NCBI GenBank assembly: GCA_964016885.1
Contig: OZ024741.1
Span: 76,570,001 to 76,634,000, forward strand
Direction: 5' to 3'
DNA length: 64,000 nucleotides
Source of the DNA: Eledone cirrhosa
Taxonomy: Eukaryota
Shown: positions 1-13,396 of the stretch, piece by piece
How positions within the stretch are numbered: position 1 is the first letter of the stretch
Layout of the letters: every line of letters starts with the position of its first letter
Position numbers and translations under genes: made by a program
The notes under the pieces: generated by a model
What the model saw: only the letters and a program-made list of their open reading frames with translations
Databases searched by the model: none
Told to the model about the DNA's origin: nothing

Positions 1-39
1 TTACCTTCCAGTGTTATACCACTATATATATATATATAT

Positions 40-597
40 ATCATCATCATCATCGTCATCATCACCATCGTTTAACATTCATTTTCCATGCTATTATGGG
101 TAGGACAGACTGTCCCCTTGTGAGAGAGCAGGTTGGAGGACTGTGCTTCACTCACACGGAACTGGTTTTGGCTTGGTTCCTATGGCTGGATGCCCTTCCC
201 AATGCCAACCACATATGCAGTCTGTGCTGAGTGCTTTTTGTCGTGGCACCTACACAACCACTTTGCAGTGTGGGCTGCACACTTTTTGTCGTGTCATCAG
301 TACAACCACTTTATAGTTTGGACTGGTCACTTTTGTCGTGACACCTAGATGACCACTTTATAGTGTGGACTGGGCACTTTTTTGTGGCTCCAAGGGCCAC
401 ATTATGGTGTGGGTTGGGGAATTGGGGACATAGGTATAGGGGTGGGGTCATTACAGCAAGGGAGGTGTATGGGAGGGGTGATGGTGGGGAAGGTGTTGCA
501 TACTAGATATACACATCAGCACGAACATATGGGAGGGTCTTCTGTAATACTGCATAGCGCCAGAAATCACGGTCCTGTGTCATTGCCTTAGCAAGGT
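40..597 (-). mobile_element. RTE LINE 3' end (ORF tail, 3' UTR with tandem ~47-bp units, (GAT)n tail)
   Basis: KAMTQDRDFWRYAV matches the C-terminus of the RTE ORF at 7292-8917; shared GGAAGGGCATCCAGC motif and (CAT)n end. Confidence 0.8.
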
Positions 598-717
598 GTA
601 TATATATATATACATACATATATGCGTGTGTGTGTGTAAATATATGTATGTATATATATATGTGTGTGTATATATATATATGTGAGTATGTATGTGTGTG
701 TGTATATATATATATAG

Positions 718-1140
718 TAGCAATAATAATAAATACAAAGACCAAAATCCAGTGAGGACTCGATAAGGGTTGTATATATAATTATATATAAACCAGTAGA
801 GCAAATATTTTTTATAAGCACAGATTAAATGTTTAAGCAAACAATTTCAGCTATTCTAAAAAGAAAATTAGTCTCTTGATTTTTTTCATAACAAGAATTT
901 GTTCTTCCCACTTCACTTAATTACGTATTTAGATATTTTATTTTCCTTGCATACATTTCACTGTATCTCAAGGGAACGTCTTCATGTGTTATCCTTATGT
1001 CTTTCTATTTTTTAAGGGCAATATTTGGTCATAATTTTTTGTAAATATTTACATTTGTGTCCACGGATTGATACTTCTGTTTCAGAAAATCCCGCTTTAG
1101 GGAGAAAGCAGAAATTGTTTGCTTAAACTTTTAATATGTT
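718..1140 (-). repeat. Unclassified dispersed repeat with an 18-bp internal inverted repeat; relatives at about 42500-42835 (-) and 63325-63780 (+)
   Basis: GTTTAAGCAAACAATTTC (831-848) is the reverse complement of 1111-1128; shared blocks (TTAAAGTTTAAGCAAA, ATATTTGCTCTAC, CCTTATCGAG...GGATTTT) recur at 63325-63780. Confidence 0.6.
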
Positions 1141-1160
1141 CTAATAATAAGTATATATAT

Positions 1161-2556
1161 TCTTCTTCTTGCTCTTGCTTGACGAGGCCGGGGTCAACCT
1201 AAACTATCGAACCCAAAGCATTGTTGTGCATACAGCCAACCAGGACTACCAGTGGCCTCCATTGCCAGCTGCTCTGCATCTTCCAAGGTGATGTCAAGCT
1301 CTGGAGATCTTCCCTGCTGATATCCAGCCATCTGGTGCGGAGCCTGCAACTCTTCCAGCCTGCAACCGCTGCATAGAACGAGAGTAAGACCCTGGTAGGA
1401 TGATTTGGGGGAACGCAGAGGACATTTTCATACCAGCGCATGCGGAGGGAAGCAGTGGGCTGATGAGTGCGCCCACACACTTTGTTGGAAACGTGATGGT
1501 TCCATCTGATGTTTTTGATGGTCCTCAGGGCTCTGCTATTGAAGCTGTCAATCCTCTTTGCCAGGGTTTTTGCGAGAGGCCACCTTTCTGCTCCATAGAT
1601 TCTGCTCCATAGAGAAGAACGGAGAGGATGGATGCATTGTAAATACGGAGCTTCATTTTCTGGGAGATTGGGCAATGATCCAGTGGCTCACCTGTATCAT
1701 CAACCATGTTTGCAGAAACCACAGGGGCATGAGAAGCTTCTCTCCATCCCAAGCAAGGTTTTCACCAAGATCCTCCTCAACCGTGCTCTTCCAGCTATCA
1801 GAAGCAGATGTCACCCACAACAAGCCGGATTCATGCCTAATACATCCACTGCTGACCACATTTCTGCCCTCTGCCTCATTATTGAAAGATCTCGGGAATT
1901 CCGTAGAGATTGCTGCCTCTACTTCACCTTCGTCGACCTCAAGGTGGCTTTCAACATGATCGACCATGGATCCCTCTGGAAAATTCTCCAGCTTGTTGCT
2001 GTACCTCCCAAAATCCCCACTCTGTTCCAACAGCTCTATAGCAGTGCCAAGAGCTGCATGTAGGTGAATGGAAAGAACTCCGACTGGTTTCCCATCAACA
2101 GCTGGGTCAGACGGGGCTGTGTGGCTGCCCTTGACCTTTCCAACTGTGTCATCAACTATCTAACTATCTGAGATTCAAGGTTTGTGAGCAAGTTTCTGGT
2201 GTTACCTTCGGGAAGTACCACCTAACCGACCTGGAGTACGCAGACGACACCACCCTATTCAGCAATTTGACCAATCAGCTCAGATACGCATGGACCATTT
2301 ACCAGGAGGAATCAGCAAAGCTTGGCCTTCAAGTAAGCTGGGCAAAGACAAAGCTGATGCATGTCAGCAATGGCCCAGATCCTCCCCTGCTTCATACTGG
2401 CTCTGACGCCGTGGAGTTTGTCAGCTCCTTCATTTACCTGGGCTCGACTGTCACTAGCTATGGAAACCTGACCCCGGAGATCAACTGTAGATGTGGCCTT
2501 TCCTCTTGGGTCATGCACTCCCTATGGAAGCCCCTTTGGCATTTGGCACCATTGCT

Positions 2557-2560
<4 letters not shown>
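1161..2560. mobile_element. Degenerate RTE-clade LINE (second family) with inverted 5' part
   Basis: Plus strand 1676-2560: QQAGF, FVDLKVAF, LEYADD, KTKLM, FIYLGS; minus strand 1680-1161: ISQKMKLRIYNASILSVLLYGAE to the 3' tail. Confidence 0.85.
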
Positions 2561-2591
<31 letters not shown>

Positions 2592-3539
2592 TCATGCCAC
2601 CATGGAAAACAGATGTAAAAATCATGATATATATATACATACATGCATACACATATATATATATATAACCCATGTTTTTCATGGTCAGTATTATGAGAGA
2701 ACAAATATTTTTGAAATAAAAATCTGAAAATAAAAATTGGTTTTAGTAATCAGATAACATTTTTGCCAACATTAAAATAAAAATAAAAATTATGACACAA
2801 GGCCACAAATATGAGGATTTTGTAATAGTCAGTTAGGTTAACTGTAGTACTTGGCTGGTACTTTATTTTGTACTTAACCTATACATATGAGTGCTAGATG
2901 AACTTATAAATGATGATGAATATTTGGAGGAGGATGTCTATCTCAAATACTAAGCCACAATGATGATTACATCAACTTCAATCATCATCATTTAACGTAA
3001 GTTTTTTCCAATTAGCAAGGGCTGGTCCGGTCATCACAGTGCTGCTGTTACAATAAAATGTACTCAAGCTCCACTTGACTACATTTTATTGTAACAGCAG
3101 GTTGTCATGTTAGAGACAAAACTGAATAGTCTTCCTGATCCTTTGTTTTGCCGGTTTTCTACAGCTGGAGGCCCTTCCTATCATCAACTACTTTACAGAG
3201 TGTACTGGGTGCATTTCTTGTGGTACTAGCACTAGGGAGGTTTCAGAAGAGTCCTCCCTACTCTGCAGGTGGGGGGGGATTAAGAAGGGTGATAAGTATG
3301 ATGTGATGGGTGTATAAGTGTAGTGGAGTGGTGAGATATTACAGGGTGTTAAGAGATGGGTGACCTCTGGTAGCATGAGAGGTACTGTAATAATAACAGT
3401 TATTGTTATGACGGGTAATGTTAAGATTTTAGGGGCTGAGGGTGATCCTGAGTAGAGTGCTGATCCTGGATAGACTTTAGATGTTAGAATTTAAAGTGAT
3501 GAGAATAGCTACTAATGAGTGATAGTGGGAGTGGGGGCA

Positions 3540-4400
3540 TGTGGATGGGTCAGGTCACATATACTGGTAGGCAGTCTTCACCAGTACACGATGTTACCGC
3601 TCTGCATGGTCCTTTGTCATCTCTGGTGTGAGGTTAAGCTTTTTGAGGTCAGTCCTTACTACTTCCTTCCATGATTTCCAGGTTCTACCTCTTCCATCAT
3701 AAGTCCCATCCACTGAGATTTCTCTGCACTTCTTGATACAGCTGACATTTTCCATACACATTACATGTCCATCATACCAATGCAGTTTTCTCTCTTGCAC
3801 ACTACATCCAATATGCCAAGTTTTTCTCTCAGCTTACTTATGCTACACTGACATTACACTTTATATACACTGACATTACACATCTATCAGAACATACTTG
3901 CTTCCTCTTTAGCCTTCATAGGTCTTCTACAGTCAAAGTCCATATCTTATTGCCATGTAGCATTACAGTTCCTACACAGACATCACACAGTCTAGCTGTC
4001 ACTCTGAGAAAGAAGCACTTTGTTGTCAACAGCGGTATGAATTTTATAAACTTCTTCCAGTTCATTCTTACCTTGGCTACTATGCTTTCAAAGCATCCTA
4101 CCCCTACTAGTTATTTCCCTTATGTAACAAAAACTCTCAACAGCCTTCAGGGAGCTTCCCTGGCAATTGAGAGAATCTATTTAATGTGTGTTCATTGTGC
4201 TTACTCCTCCTGTACATCTGCCACATATAAAATCTATCTTCCCCATAAGCCTGCTTGCAATCACACTACATTTCTTGTGTTCATAAGTTACACTGTGTAT
4301 GCCTTATGGAGTTTCTGCATACCTCTTTTTGACACATCATGTAAGACCACTTCCTTGATGGTAGCAGTTTTATGTCCTCCTTCCTACTTATTAAGAAGTT
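3540..4400 (-). mobile_element. Degenerate RTE LINE 3' fragment
   Basis: QERKLHWY..GHVM...SCIKKCREISVDG...TWKSWKEVVRTDL, homologous to 7292-8917. Confidence 0.8.
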
Positions 4401-6404
4401 TGTCTTTACTAAATACATATACTACTTACTTTACCGCCTCACTCATCCTGATAAATACTTTTTTTTTTCAACCAAATCTCTTCTTTCTCCTAACTTAATT
4501 CTTCCCTGATGATGGACTAACATCTGATATGTTGAGACATTCTTTTTTTCTTTTCCAACAAGCAGGAAACAAATAAGACTGTGCAACTATATCTTTGTTT
4601 GTCTTTTTTAACCTTGAACTATATACATATACATCATCATCATCATTTAACATCCACTTTCCCTGCTACCAAGGATTAGATGAGTCTTCACAGATTGAGT
4701 CAGTACTAAAGCAGGGCTACTGACCTCCCAGACAAGCCAGGAGTTTGCATCTTGCTTACATACAGTTCCACATTCTATGAAGTGCATTTTATTGTGGTAA
4801 CAGCACTAGAAGTTTGTCATGTCTTTGACACAACTGAAGGGTTGGCAAGCTTTTTATGGCTGGATGCCCTTGCTATCACCAGCCACTTTACAGCATGTAC
4901 TGGGTGCATTTATTCTGTAGATCACAAACAGTAGGGAGGTTGTCATGTCCTTGAGACCACTCACACACAAACATATATAGTGAACACTTGTTAAATTATA
5001 CTAATAGAGGCTGAAACCTGCCCATGTTAGCTGATTCGCTGAGAAAACTGATTGTCGGGGTTAATATTGTAAATATACACACTGTATAATGTTGAAAATG
5101 ATAAACAGTAACAAAATGATATAAAATATTGTAAACGTTATATAACTATATAAACAAATATATATTTTGTCTGTGGTAGAGGTATTGTGAGAATTCATAT
5201 TTTGAAAAAATTTGAAATCCCAAAAATGCAAATAAAAAACATGGTTTTATTTGAATTTTTCATAGAAATTATTGCATATTAGATATTCATTTTTTTACAA
5301 TTAAAAACATCAGATTTGAGATTGAGAAGTGGCCACATTTTGGGCCAGTGGTCGAAGCCAGAATGAATGAGAAACAAACTGACAGCCATAATTGAAATTA
5401 GCAGCAGTTCATTTCCCATCTTTAACTGGAGTGTGATTTTTTTTAAATTTTTTTTTTAAGAAAACATTATTAGATGTTTTTTCTTTCTAGCTGAAGAATC
5501 ATTAAATTGACCTAGGGCTATACTGGTGGGAAATTAATTGCTGCTGATTTCAATTTACTATTGGTTGTCTGTCTCATTTATTCCAATTAATGTATAATAT
5601 GACGTTATCAAGGGATTCTTGTATAATAGAGAGATTGAGTTTCTTGTACACTAGTTCATCATCGTTATTATCTTCCCTATATCTGCTGTCATCAACTAAT
5701 TCATCTTTTATAATACTAGGTTTCTTGTATCATCCCCTGTTTCTTTTAGTCATGTTCTGATGTCATTCTGTATCATCTATATTGCCAATTTTCTGAAGCA
5801 CTTGATGAAAAACCCTTGCCTAGAATTCTTAAGAATGGTAATCTCCCTCTACATTGCATAAAAAGGTAGACATGCATTGGCTAGAGAAGTCCTCAGAGAT
5901 CATCATTGTTGTTCAACATCTACTCTCTTTGCTTGCAATTGTTAGACAGGCTTACATAGACCAAGTCAGTACTGAAACAGGGCTACTAACCTCCTAGACA
6001 GGCAAGAGGATCTGCATCTTGTTTATGTATGGTCTCACATTATACCGAGTGTACTGGAGAGGTTGTCATGTCTTTGACACAACTGAAGGCTCCTCCCAAT
6101 CCTTTGTTTGGTGATCTTTGTATACCTGGATAGCCAATTCTTTGTAGAATTTGTCCTTGTCCTTCTTAGGGCTGACCCTGAACAGTGTAACATGTATATT
6201 GTTGTTGATAAAAGAGGGGTTCATAGACAAGAGCCAGTCATTGATGCCTTTTAGTGAGCTGGTTAGATTATATATGTGTTTTAATGTCAAAGCCAATTCA
6301 GACAGCTTTCAGCATTGCTTCACCCACTAATAGTTGTAGTCAGCACCACTCTCAGTCATGTATGTATATATATGATGACATTAATTATATATATATAATT
6401 TTTC

Positions 6405-6473
6405 TTATTCTTCATGAACCATTTTCATTTTCGATTTTGGTACAAGAACTTGAGCTTCACCTTTCAAGACAAT
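6405..6473 (-). CDS. HTD2: HTD2 terminal coding exon 4
   Basis: Polypyrimidine tract + TTGTAG acceptor; phase 0; IVLKGEAQVLVPKSKMKMVHEE*, matching the MaoC C-terminal strand (V-x-x-G-E-A-x-V). Four exons total 537 nt = 178 aa + stop. Confidence 0.85.
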   Translation of the reverse strand: MVLKGEAQVLVPKSKMKMVHEE

Positions 6474-6714
6474 CTACAAGAAACAAAAAAAAAACTTCAA
6501 TTTAATAATACTCTGTATTACAATAATGCTTTCAACAAAGGTACAAAGTCATATATTTGGGGGTGAAGAAATAATCAATCAGTTAAACCCTAATCTTTGA
6601 CTGGTACTTTTTCAATCCCAGAAGGAACAAAAGATAAAATTTATATTTTTTAACTGTTGGTCAATCAATGATAAACATTGATTGCCTGCTAAATTATTTA
6701 TAGAAATATAAAAA

Positions 6715-6824
6715 TATACTGAAAAACAGAGGTTTGATGAACACTGGAGTGAACTAAAAGACAATTCAGAACTATATGAACACGCCAGACTAAGACATGA
6801 TGGTAAAATAAACAACATAGAAAT
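6715..6824 (+). mobile_element. Penelope-like GIY-YIG endonuclease remnant split by the RTE insertion (continues about 9242-9350)
   Basis: KQRFDEHWSELKDNSELYEHARLRH before and RQSREATEIEL after the insertion resemble GIY-YIG R-x-x-E-H and E-A-x-x-I motifs. Confidence 0.5.
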
Positions 6825-9213
6825 TGAAATATAGAAATATTGAAATATAGAAATATAGGAACAATAAGGTAGATGAAGCAGTCAAGGCCAAGAGACAGGC
6901 ATGGAAAGAATGGAAGAACGGGGGGAGCAGGGTACATTACATAGAGACCAAGAGGGAAGCTAGGCGACAAGTATACTTAGCTAGGAGGGAAGCAGAGGAT
7001 AGAAAATTCAAGCATGTTTTACAACGTGAGGACCAGAAACAGGAGGTATTCAAGATTGCGAGGCAGTGTGTCAGAGATAGTTGTGATGTCATTGGAGAGA
7101 AGTGTATCCGGAATGATAAAGGTGAGCTTGCCCTCACAAGTGCTGAGAAGAAAGATGCATGGAAGAGTCATTATGATAGATTACTAAATGAGGAGAATGC
7201 ATGGGAAGAAGAGACCCTACCCCACGTAGACCCTATAGAGGGACCAGCAGTACAAGTCAGCGGCAGCGTAGTAAGTAAGGCAATCAGAGATATGAAGATA
7301 GGGAAGGCAACCGGTCCATCGGGTATAGCTGCCGAGATGCTGAAGGCATCTGGGTCTGTAGGTCACACTATAACCACACGTATCGTTAACCAGGTAATAC
7401 TAGAGGGGGCCATACCAAAAGATTGGTGCAGTAGCATCATTGTCAACTGCTACAAAGGTAAAGGCGATGCACTAGATAGAGGAAACTATAGAGGTATAAA
7501 GTTGATGGACCAGGTCATGAAAGTAACAGAAAGAGTTATAGCACAGCTGATTAGGGACCGGGTGAATATAGACGAGATGCAATTTGGGTTTGTACCAGGG
7601 AAAGGCACCACTGATGCGCTCTTCCTTGTGAGGCAATTACAGGAAAAGTACCTAGCTAAAAGTAAGCCACTCTACTTGGCATTTGTCGACCTTGAGAAAG
7701 CCTTTGACAGAGTTCCACGTGCAGTAATCTGGTGGGCTCTTAGAAAACTAGGAGTAGATGAATGGCTTGTGAAAGCGGTACAAGCCATGTATAGGGGAGC
7801 AGTCAGCAAAGTTAGGATTGGCAATGAGTATAGCGAGGAATTTAGCGTACAGGTTGGGGTCCACCAGGGCTCTGTTCTTAGCCCTCTCCTGTTCATCATA
7901 GTCCTGCAGGCAATAACGGAGGAGTTTAAGACCGGATGCCCATGGGAACTCCTGTATGCTGATGACCTCGCACTCATAGCTGAATCTATGGTAGAACTAG
8001 AGAATAAATTCCAAACCTGGAAGCAGGGACTAGAGAGAAAGGGCCTCAAAGTCAACATGACAAAGACTAAGGTCCTTATAAGTAGACGAGAAAACAGAAC
8101 CCAGATCCCCTCAGGGAAATGGCCTTGCTCAGTATGTAGGAAAGGTGTAGGTAGGAACTCCATTCTTTGCCCCAAATGCAAACAATGGGTACACAAGAGA
8201 TGTAGCGGGATCTCAGGAAGCTTAATTAAGAATGTAGGATTCACATGCAGCAGCTGTGCTGAAACAGCAAGCAAACAGCCACAGGAAACAAGTACCACCA
8301 ATCTCTGGGAGGGCCCTGTAGAAACAGTAGACAGCTTCTGCTACCTAGGTGACCGAATTAGCAACGGAGGTGGGTGCTCAGAAAGTACAATAACTAGGGT
8401 AAGAACGGGATGGAAGAAGTTTAGGGAACTACTACCACTGCTAGCTGCAAAAGGCTTCTCCCTCAGAATGAAAGGCAGACTGTATGATGCGTGTATCCGA
8501 ACAGCGATGTTGCATGGTAGTGAGACCTGGGCGCTGAAGGTGGAAGACTTACGTAGATTAGAGAGAAACGAAGCCTGCATGCTCCGATGGATGTGTAACA
8601 GTAATATACGTGAACGACAAAGCATAAATGAATTGAGAGAGAGACTGAGCATAAGAGGAATCAAATGCTGCGTGCAGGAGAGGCGGTTACGCTGGTATGG
8701 ACATGTGATGCGTATGAAGGATGACAGCTGCATAAAAAGGTGCAGAGCACTAGAAGTTGATGGAAACCGCGGAGTGGGGAGACCCAAGATGACTTGGGAT
8801 GAGGTGATAAAAGCCGACCTTACCCAACTACACCTCTCAAAGTCAATGACACACGACCGTGACTTCTGGCGTCACGCAGTAATACAGGGTACCCGACCTC
8901 CCATGGGTACATGCTGAAGCATATAAACAATATGCCCCCCCCCCCCCCCCCACCGCAAGGTGGTCGTGGAGGTGCCACGGCAAAAAAGCACCCAGCCCAC
9001 ACTGTAAAGTGGACGTGTAGGCGCCACGAAAAAGCACCCAGCACTCACTGTAAATGAGGTTGGTGTTAGGAAGGGCATCCAGCTGTAGAAATCAAGCCAG
9101 ATCAGTTCCTGTATGAGCAAGGCATGGTCAGCCGACCAGACACTGCCCACAACAGGACAACCCGTCTAACCCATGCTAGCGTGGAAGAACGGACGTAAAA
9201 CGGTGATGATGAA
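6825..9213 (+). mobile_element. Young 5'-truncated RTE LINE in HTD2 intron 3 (antisense), 28-bp target-site duplication
   Basis: Frame open 6869-8917; RT motifs NYRGIKL, QFGFVPG, FVDLEKAFDRV, GVHQGSVLSP, YADD, FCYLG; (GAT)n tail; TSD ATGATGGTAAAATAAACAACATAGAAAT at 6797-6824 and 9214-9241. Confidence 0.95.
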
Positions 9214-10084
9214 ATGATGGTAAAATAAACAACATAGAAATGACTTGACAATTAGACAAAGTAGGGAGGCTACAGAAATAGAACTAAGAAAACCTAGGCT
9301 AAAAAAAAACATGAATGGAATAACAACAACCATACACTAGTGATCAAAGATAGAATATAAATATACATAGATGCAATAACAACACTCACACATAAACACA
9401 AACTAGTGATCAAAGGTAGAATATAAACACATAAACACACACAGATTCAGACATAAACACACATCAAACAGAATACATGCACACAAACACATGTGCAAAT
9501 AGAGACAACAACAACAAAAAATAAATAGATAAAATTGACCTTAGCAAGAATTGAATTGTAGTTATAAAGGGACACAACTATATAAAACCACATTTTATCC
9601 ATCATTCCACCAATTCTGCCATCTACTTGAGCAAATGTTTTCTACTACCACTCTTTCTGACCAATGCCTTGTGAGTGCATTTCATAGACAGAAACTGTAA
9701 GGAAGCTTGTTTTATATATATATATATGGGTGGGTGTATGCATGTATGACAGCCAATGTAAATGTCAAATTAAAATTGTTTATTAAAAGTGTGTGGTGAC
9801 ATTGTTTATGTCCTCCATAAACAAAATATCCTGCAGCAAAGAGGTTTGATGAACATTTAGCAATATAGACTATACATTAAAAAATAAAGTATGGGTTGGA
9901 GTCAAAATGGGGCTCTGACCATAGAAAACCTGCTAGAAAAGACTCATACCAACTGATGCAATAATAGAAAAAACAGACATGAAAACAGCGATAATAATAT
10001 TTATAGCTTAGACATATGGTCAGAAATGGTGTGTAAAAAGGTAAGTTGATTAAATTGACCCCAATTCTCGACTGGTACTTTCTC

Positions 10085-10410
10085 TTAAACTGCCTCACCA
10101 GGAAGAGAGCATCAGTGGTGCTTTTGCCTGGCACAAAACCAAACTGCATTCATCTAGATTTACCCAGTCCCTAATCAGCTGTGCTATAACTCTTTCTGTT
10201 ACTTTCATGACCTAGTCCATCAGTTTTATACCTCCATCTAATGCATCTCCTTTACCCTTGTAGCAATTGACAATGGTGCTGCTGTGCCAATCATTTGCTA
10301 TGACGCCCTCTAGTATTACTTGGTTAACAATACGTGTGGTTATGGTGTGACCTACCAACCCAGATGCCACTATACCCGATGTACTGGTTGCTTTCCCAGT
10401 CTTCATATCC
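10085..10410 (-). mobile_element. RTE RT internal fragment
   Basis: MKTGKAT...GHTITTRIVNQVILEG...CYKGKGDAL and QFGFVPGKSTTDALFLVRQ, near-identical to 7292-8917. Confidence 0.85.
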
Positions 10411-11289
10411 TTACTCATTACACTGCAGCTGACTTGTATTGTTGAACCCTCTATGGTTACTCAAGCTGTTAGAAATAGTAAGGATCACATTATACAATAT
10501 ATCCTGACCTGACCTTTTTTCCTTAAATAGTAAGGTATGAACTATGCAAAATATTGCCAAGCGCAACACACTATCCTCAAGCCTCCCTCCATGACCCTTC
10601 GCATACTCTCCCACAGTGTAACCAACCCACACTATAAAATGCTCATACTAGTACCACAAAAAAAGCACTGAGGTGGTAGTGCTGGTGCCACAATAAAAGC
10701 TCCAAGTAGATGTTGTAATGTGGATGGCATTAAGAAGGGCATCCAGCCATAGTAAACAAAGCTAAAATTGGATTGTATGAGCAGAACGAGGTCACTTGAC
10801 TGGCCTCAAAACAGGACAACTTGTCTAACCCATACAAGCATGGAAAATAGACATTAAACGGTTATGATGCTGATGATAGTTTGAGAGTTTGATCTTCTAT
10901 TTCTTACAATGTTCAGAATAACGTGCTTTCTCTCCTATCATTTTCCTGTTCTCTTTTTTTACTTATTCTGGTCTATCTTCTTTTTTCTTCTCTCTCATTT
11001 TATCTTCCAATGACGGACTAGCATACAAAACATTCAGATTTTTTTCAAACTATATTAAGTGTTAATTTCATATACCATCATTGTACAGTGTTCTCTGTGT
11101 TATTTTTCCTTGTTGACATACATATACATATCATCATCATCCATTTTTTTTCCATGCTGATATGGGTTAGATAAATCATTACAGACCAAATCAGTACTTA
11201 ATTGGAGTTAATATTTCCTCAACAATGGGCTAAGGGCCCACAACTCATTTACTCACATTCAGCATATTTTCTACAGCTATAGTAGAAAT

Positions 11290-11850
11290 CTGTATACGGA
11301 GAAATAAGCACTAAGAGCACATGTAGCTCGCTAGAAGTTGTTGACAGCTTTTGCAACCTAGGATATCTAATCAGCAGTGAGGGAAGATGCTCACAAAGCA
11401 CTGTAGCCAGATTACAATGAAATAAAAATTTAGGGAGGCTTCTTTCTCAGAGTGAAGGGTGACTGAAAATGGTTGAGTGTGAACAGTGACACTATATGGC
11501 AGTGAGACATGGGTCTTAATGGTAGATCAACAAATTCTAAAAAGAAAGGAAGCATGAATCCTCTAGTAGATGTGTAATGTTAGTGTGCATGAACAATATA
11601 GCATAAGTGAGCTGAGAGAAAAACTCTGTATAAAAGGAATCCAATGTAATGTGCAAGTAAAAAGATTACACAAGTATGGATGCATGTGGAAGATGACAGC
11701 TGTATAAAGAAGTGCAGAGAAATCTCAGTAGATGAGACCTATGGAAAAGGTAGACCTACAAAGACATGGGATGACGTGGTGAAATCTGACCGTAAGAAGC
11801 TGAGCCTAACAACAGAGATTACAAAAAACCTCAATGATTGGTGTTAGAGA
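11290..11850 (+). mobile_element. Degenerate RTE 3' fragment
   Basis: Broken matches to VDSFC.LG, YGSETW, SCIKKCREISVD, GRP.KTWD. Confidence 0.7.
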
Positions 11851-12538
11851 AGACTCAAATAATGGTATAAAAACAAGATGCCGAGTTTTCCCCTGTTAAT
11901 CCATCATTTCTGCTATACCTTTATATCCCCCCCACCACCACCACCATCTAATATATCCTCTAGGAAGATGTGACCTGTTCATATTCAAAATCCTCCCACC
12001 ATTGCCCTTTAATAACTCTTTTCATCATCACTCCACACTCCACTCAGTCCTACATTACTGCGCCACAACTATGCAGCAGATGTGGCCTCTTGCCCTGCTA
12101 TACCCGACCTCTCCATCAGTCTTTAGTAATTATATCTATCATCACTGTATCCAAGATGACGCCTACTGCTTTTATCCCTCACATCATCCAACTAAATCCT
12201 ACCACACCTGGCAAACACCCATGATATACTTGTCATTCTTTTTAGCCCTTTCTACTCTCACCTCCCCATATATGATATGATAAAATGCACACAATACACT
12301 CTATAAACTGATTGATGTTAGGAAAGACATCAAACTGTAGAAACCATGCCAGGAAAATAAATATTTCTGTTTCCCAAATTCTACTCTGAAGGTATTTGTC
12401 AACTCAAAACTATAGTAAAAAAGATTTGCCAAATGTGATGTCCATGGAAATGAAGTTGCAATGATGTGGTGGTAAAAGAAACATGTTAAGCACATCCATG
12501 CCTATACCTATATGACAAGAAAAACAACAGATAGTTAC

Positions 12539-12639
12539 TTTGTTCCTGTCTGTGGCTATAGCAAGAGTGGCCAAAGTCATGACCATTCCTTTAATAGAAG
12601 TGACTGTAACCTCACTGGTGACAGGTTCATCAACAAACA
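12539..12639 (-). CDS. HTD2: HTD2 coding exon 3
   Basis: TTTGTAG acceptor, GTAACT donor; 101 nt, phase 1 to phase 0; encodes (L)FVDEPVTSEVTVTSIKGMVMTLATLAIATDRNK. Confidence 0.85.
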
Positions 12640-13260
12640 CTACAAATAGAGAAATGGATACTACTGTATTATATGTGTTGCAATTACAGAAAAATGATTT
12701 ACTTAGAAACAAAACAATAACAACAATACGAAGAATGAATTCCTTTATTTAGCCATTAATGGCAATTACATGCATTAGCAAATCAATCTAGCAAACTTAA
12801 AGCTTCTAATTAGACATTGAAATGTTAGCCTGCTTTGTTGTAATGGTTATTGCAGCTGTTTGGCATACAACAGATGTACAGTTTGATTCTCACAGACGTT
12901 TCTGTCTATCTTTTTTCTGTTTCAAAGGGTAATTTACCTAGTTTATAGTTAATATATGCACTGGGGCTGCTTTTCATAAGAAAAGCAAATAGATTATTTT
13001 CATAGATTTATCAGTTAATATATGTACACACAGATACACTACATACAGCTTGAACTGCAGCTGGAGAGATCTTAACAACGTCGGCAGCTCTTAACAGTAT
13101 CACTCCCGTCAGCATTGATGTTATTTGAGGATGTCTAGGGTGTTTTGAGAGATGGGAAGAGCAAGAGAGGCAGAGGCAGTGAGTGAAAGAGTGAGAACAT
13201 CAATGCGCACATGCACACACTTTTCAGTTCAAGTAGGCAGGTAAATTGGGAAACTAGTAG

Positions 13261-13300
<40 letters not shown>

Positions 13301-13396
13301 TTAAAACAATGAAATTAAGCACAAAACGGTTAATTCATAGTAAAACTCATTATTATATCTGTATATATATATATATATAATATATATGTGTGTATA

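Noticed and set aside
200-410. Repeat-spacer-like array resembling CRISPR (also 32575-32790, 53690-53860)
   Set aside because: The variable segments are short and related to each other, the array is part of the RTE 3' UTR, the context is eukaryotic and there are no cas genes.
7672-8787. Long antisense ORFs over the RTE, Tx1 and CR1 coding regions
   Set aside because: Shadow frames of retroelement ORFs with no independent motifs.
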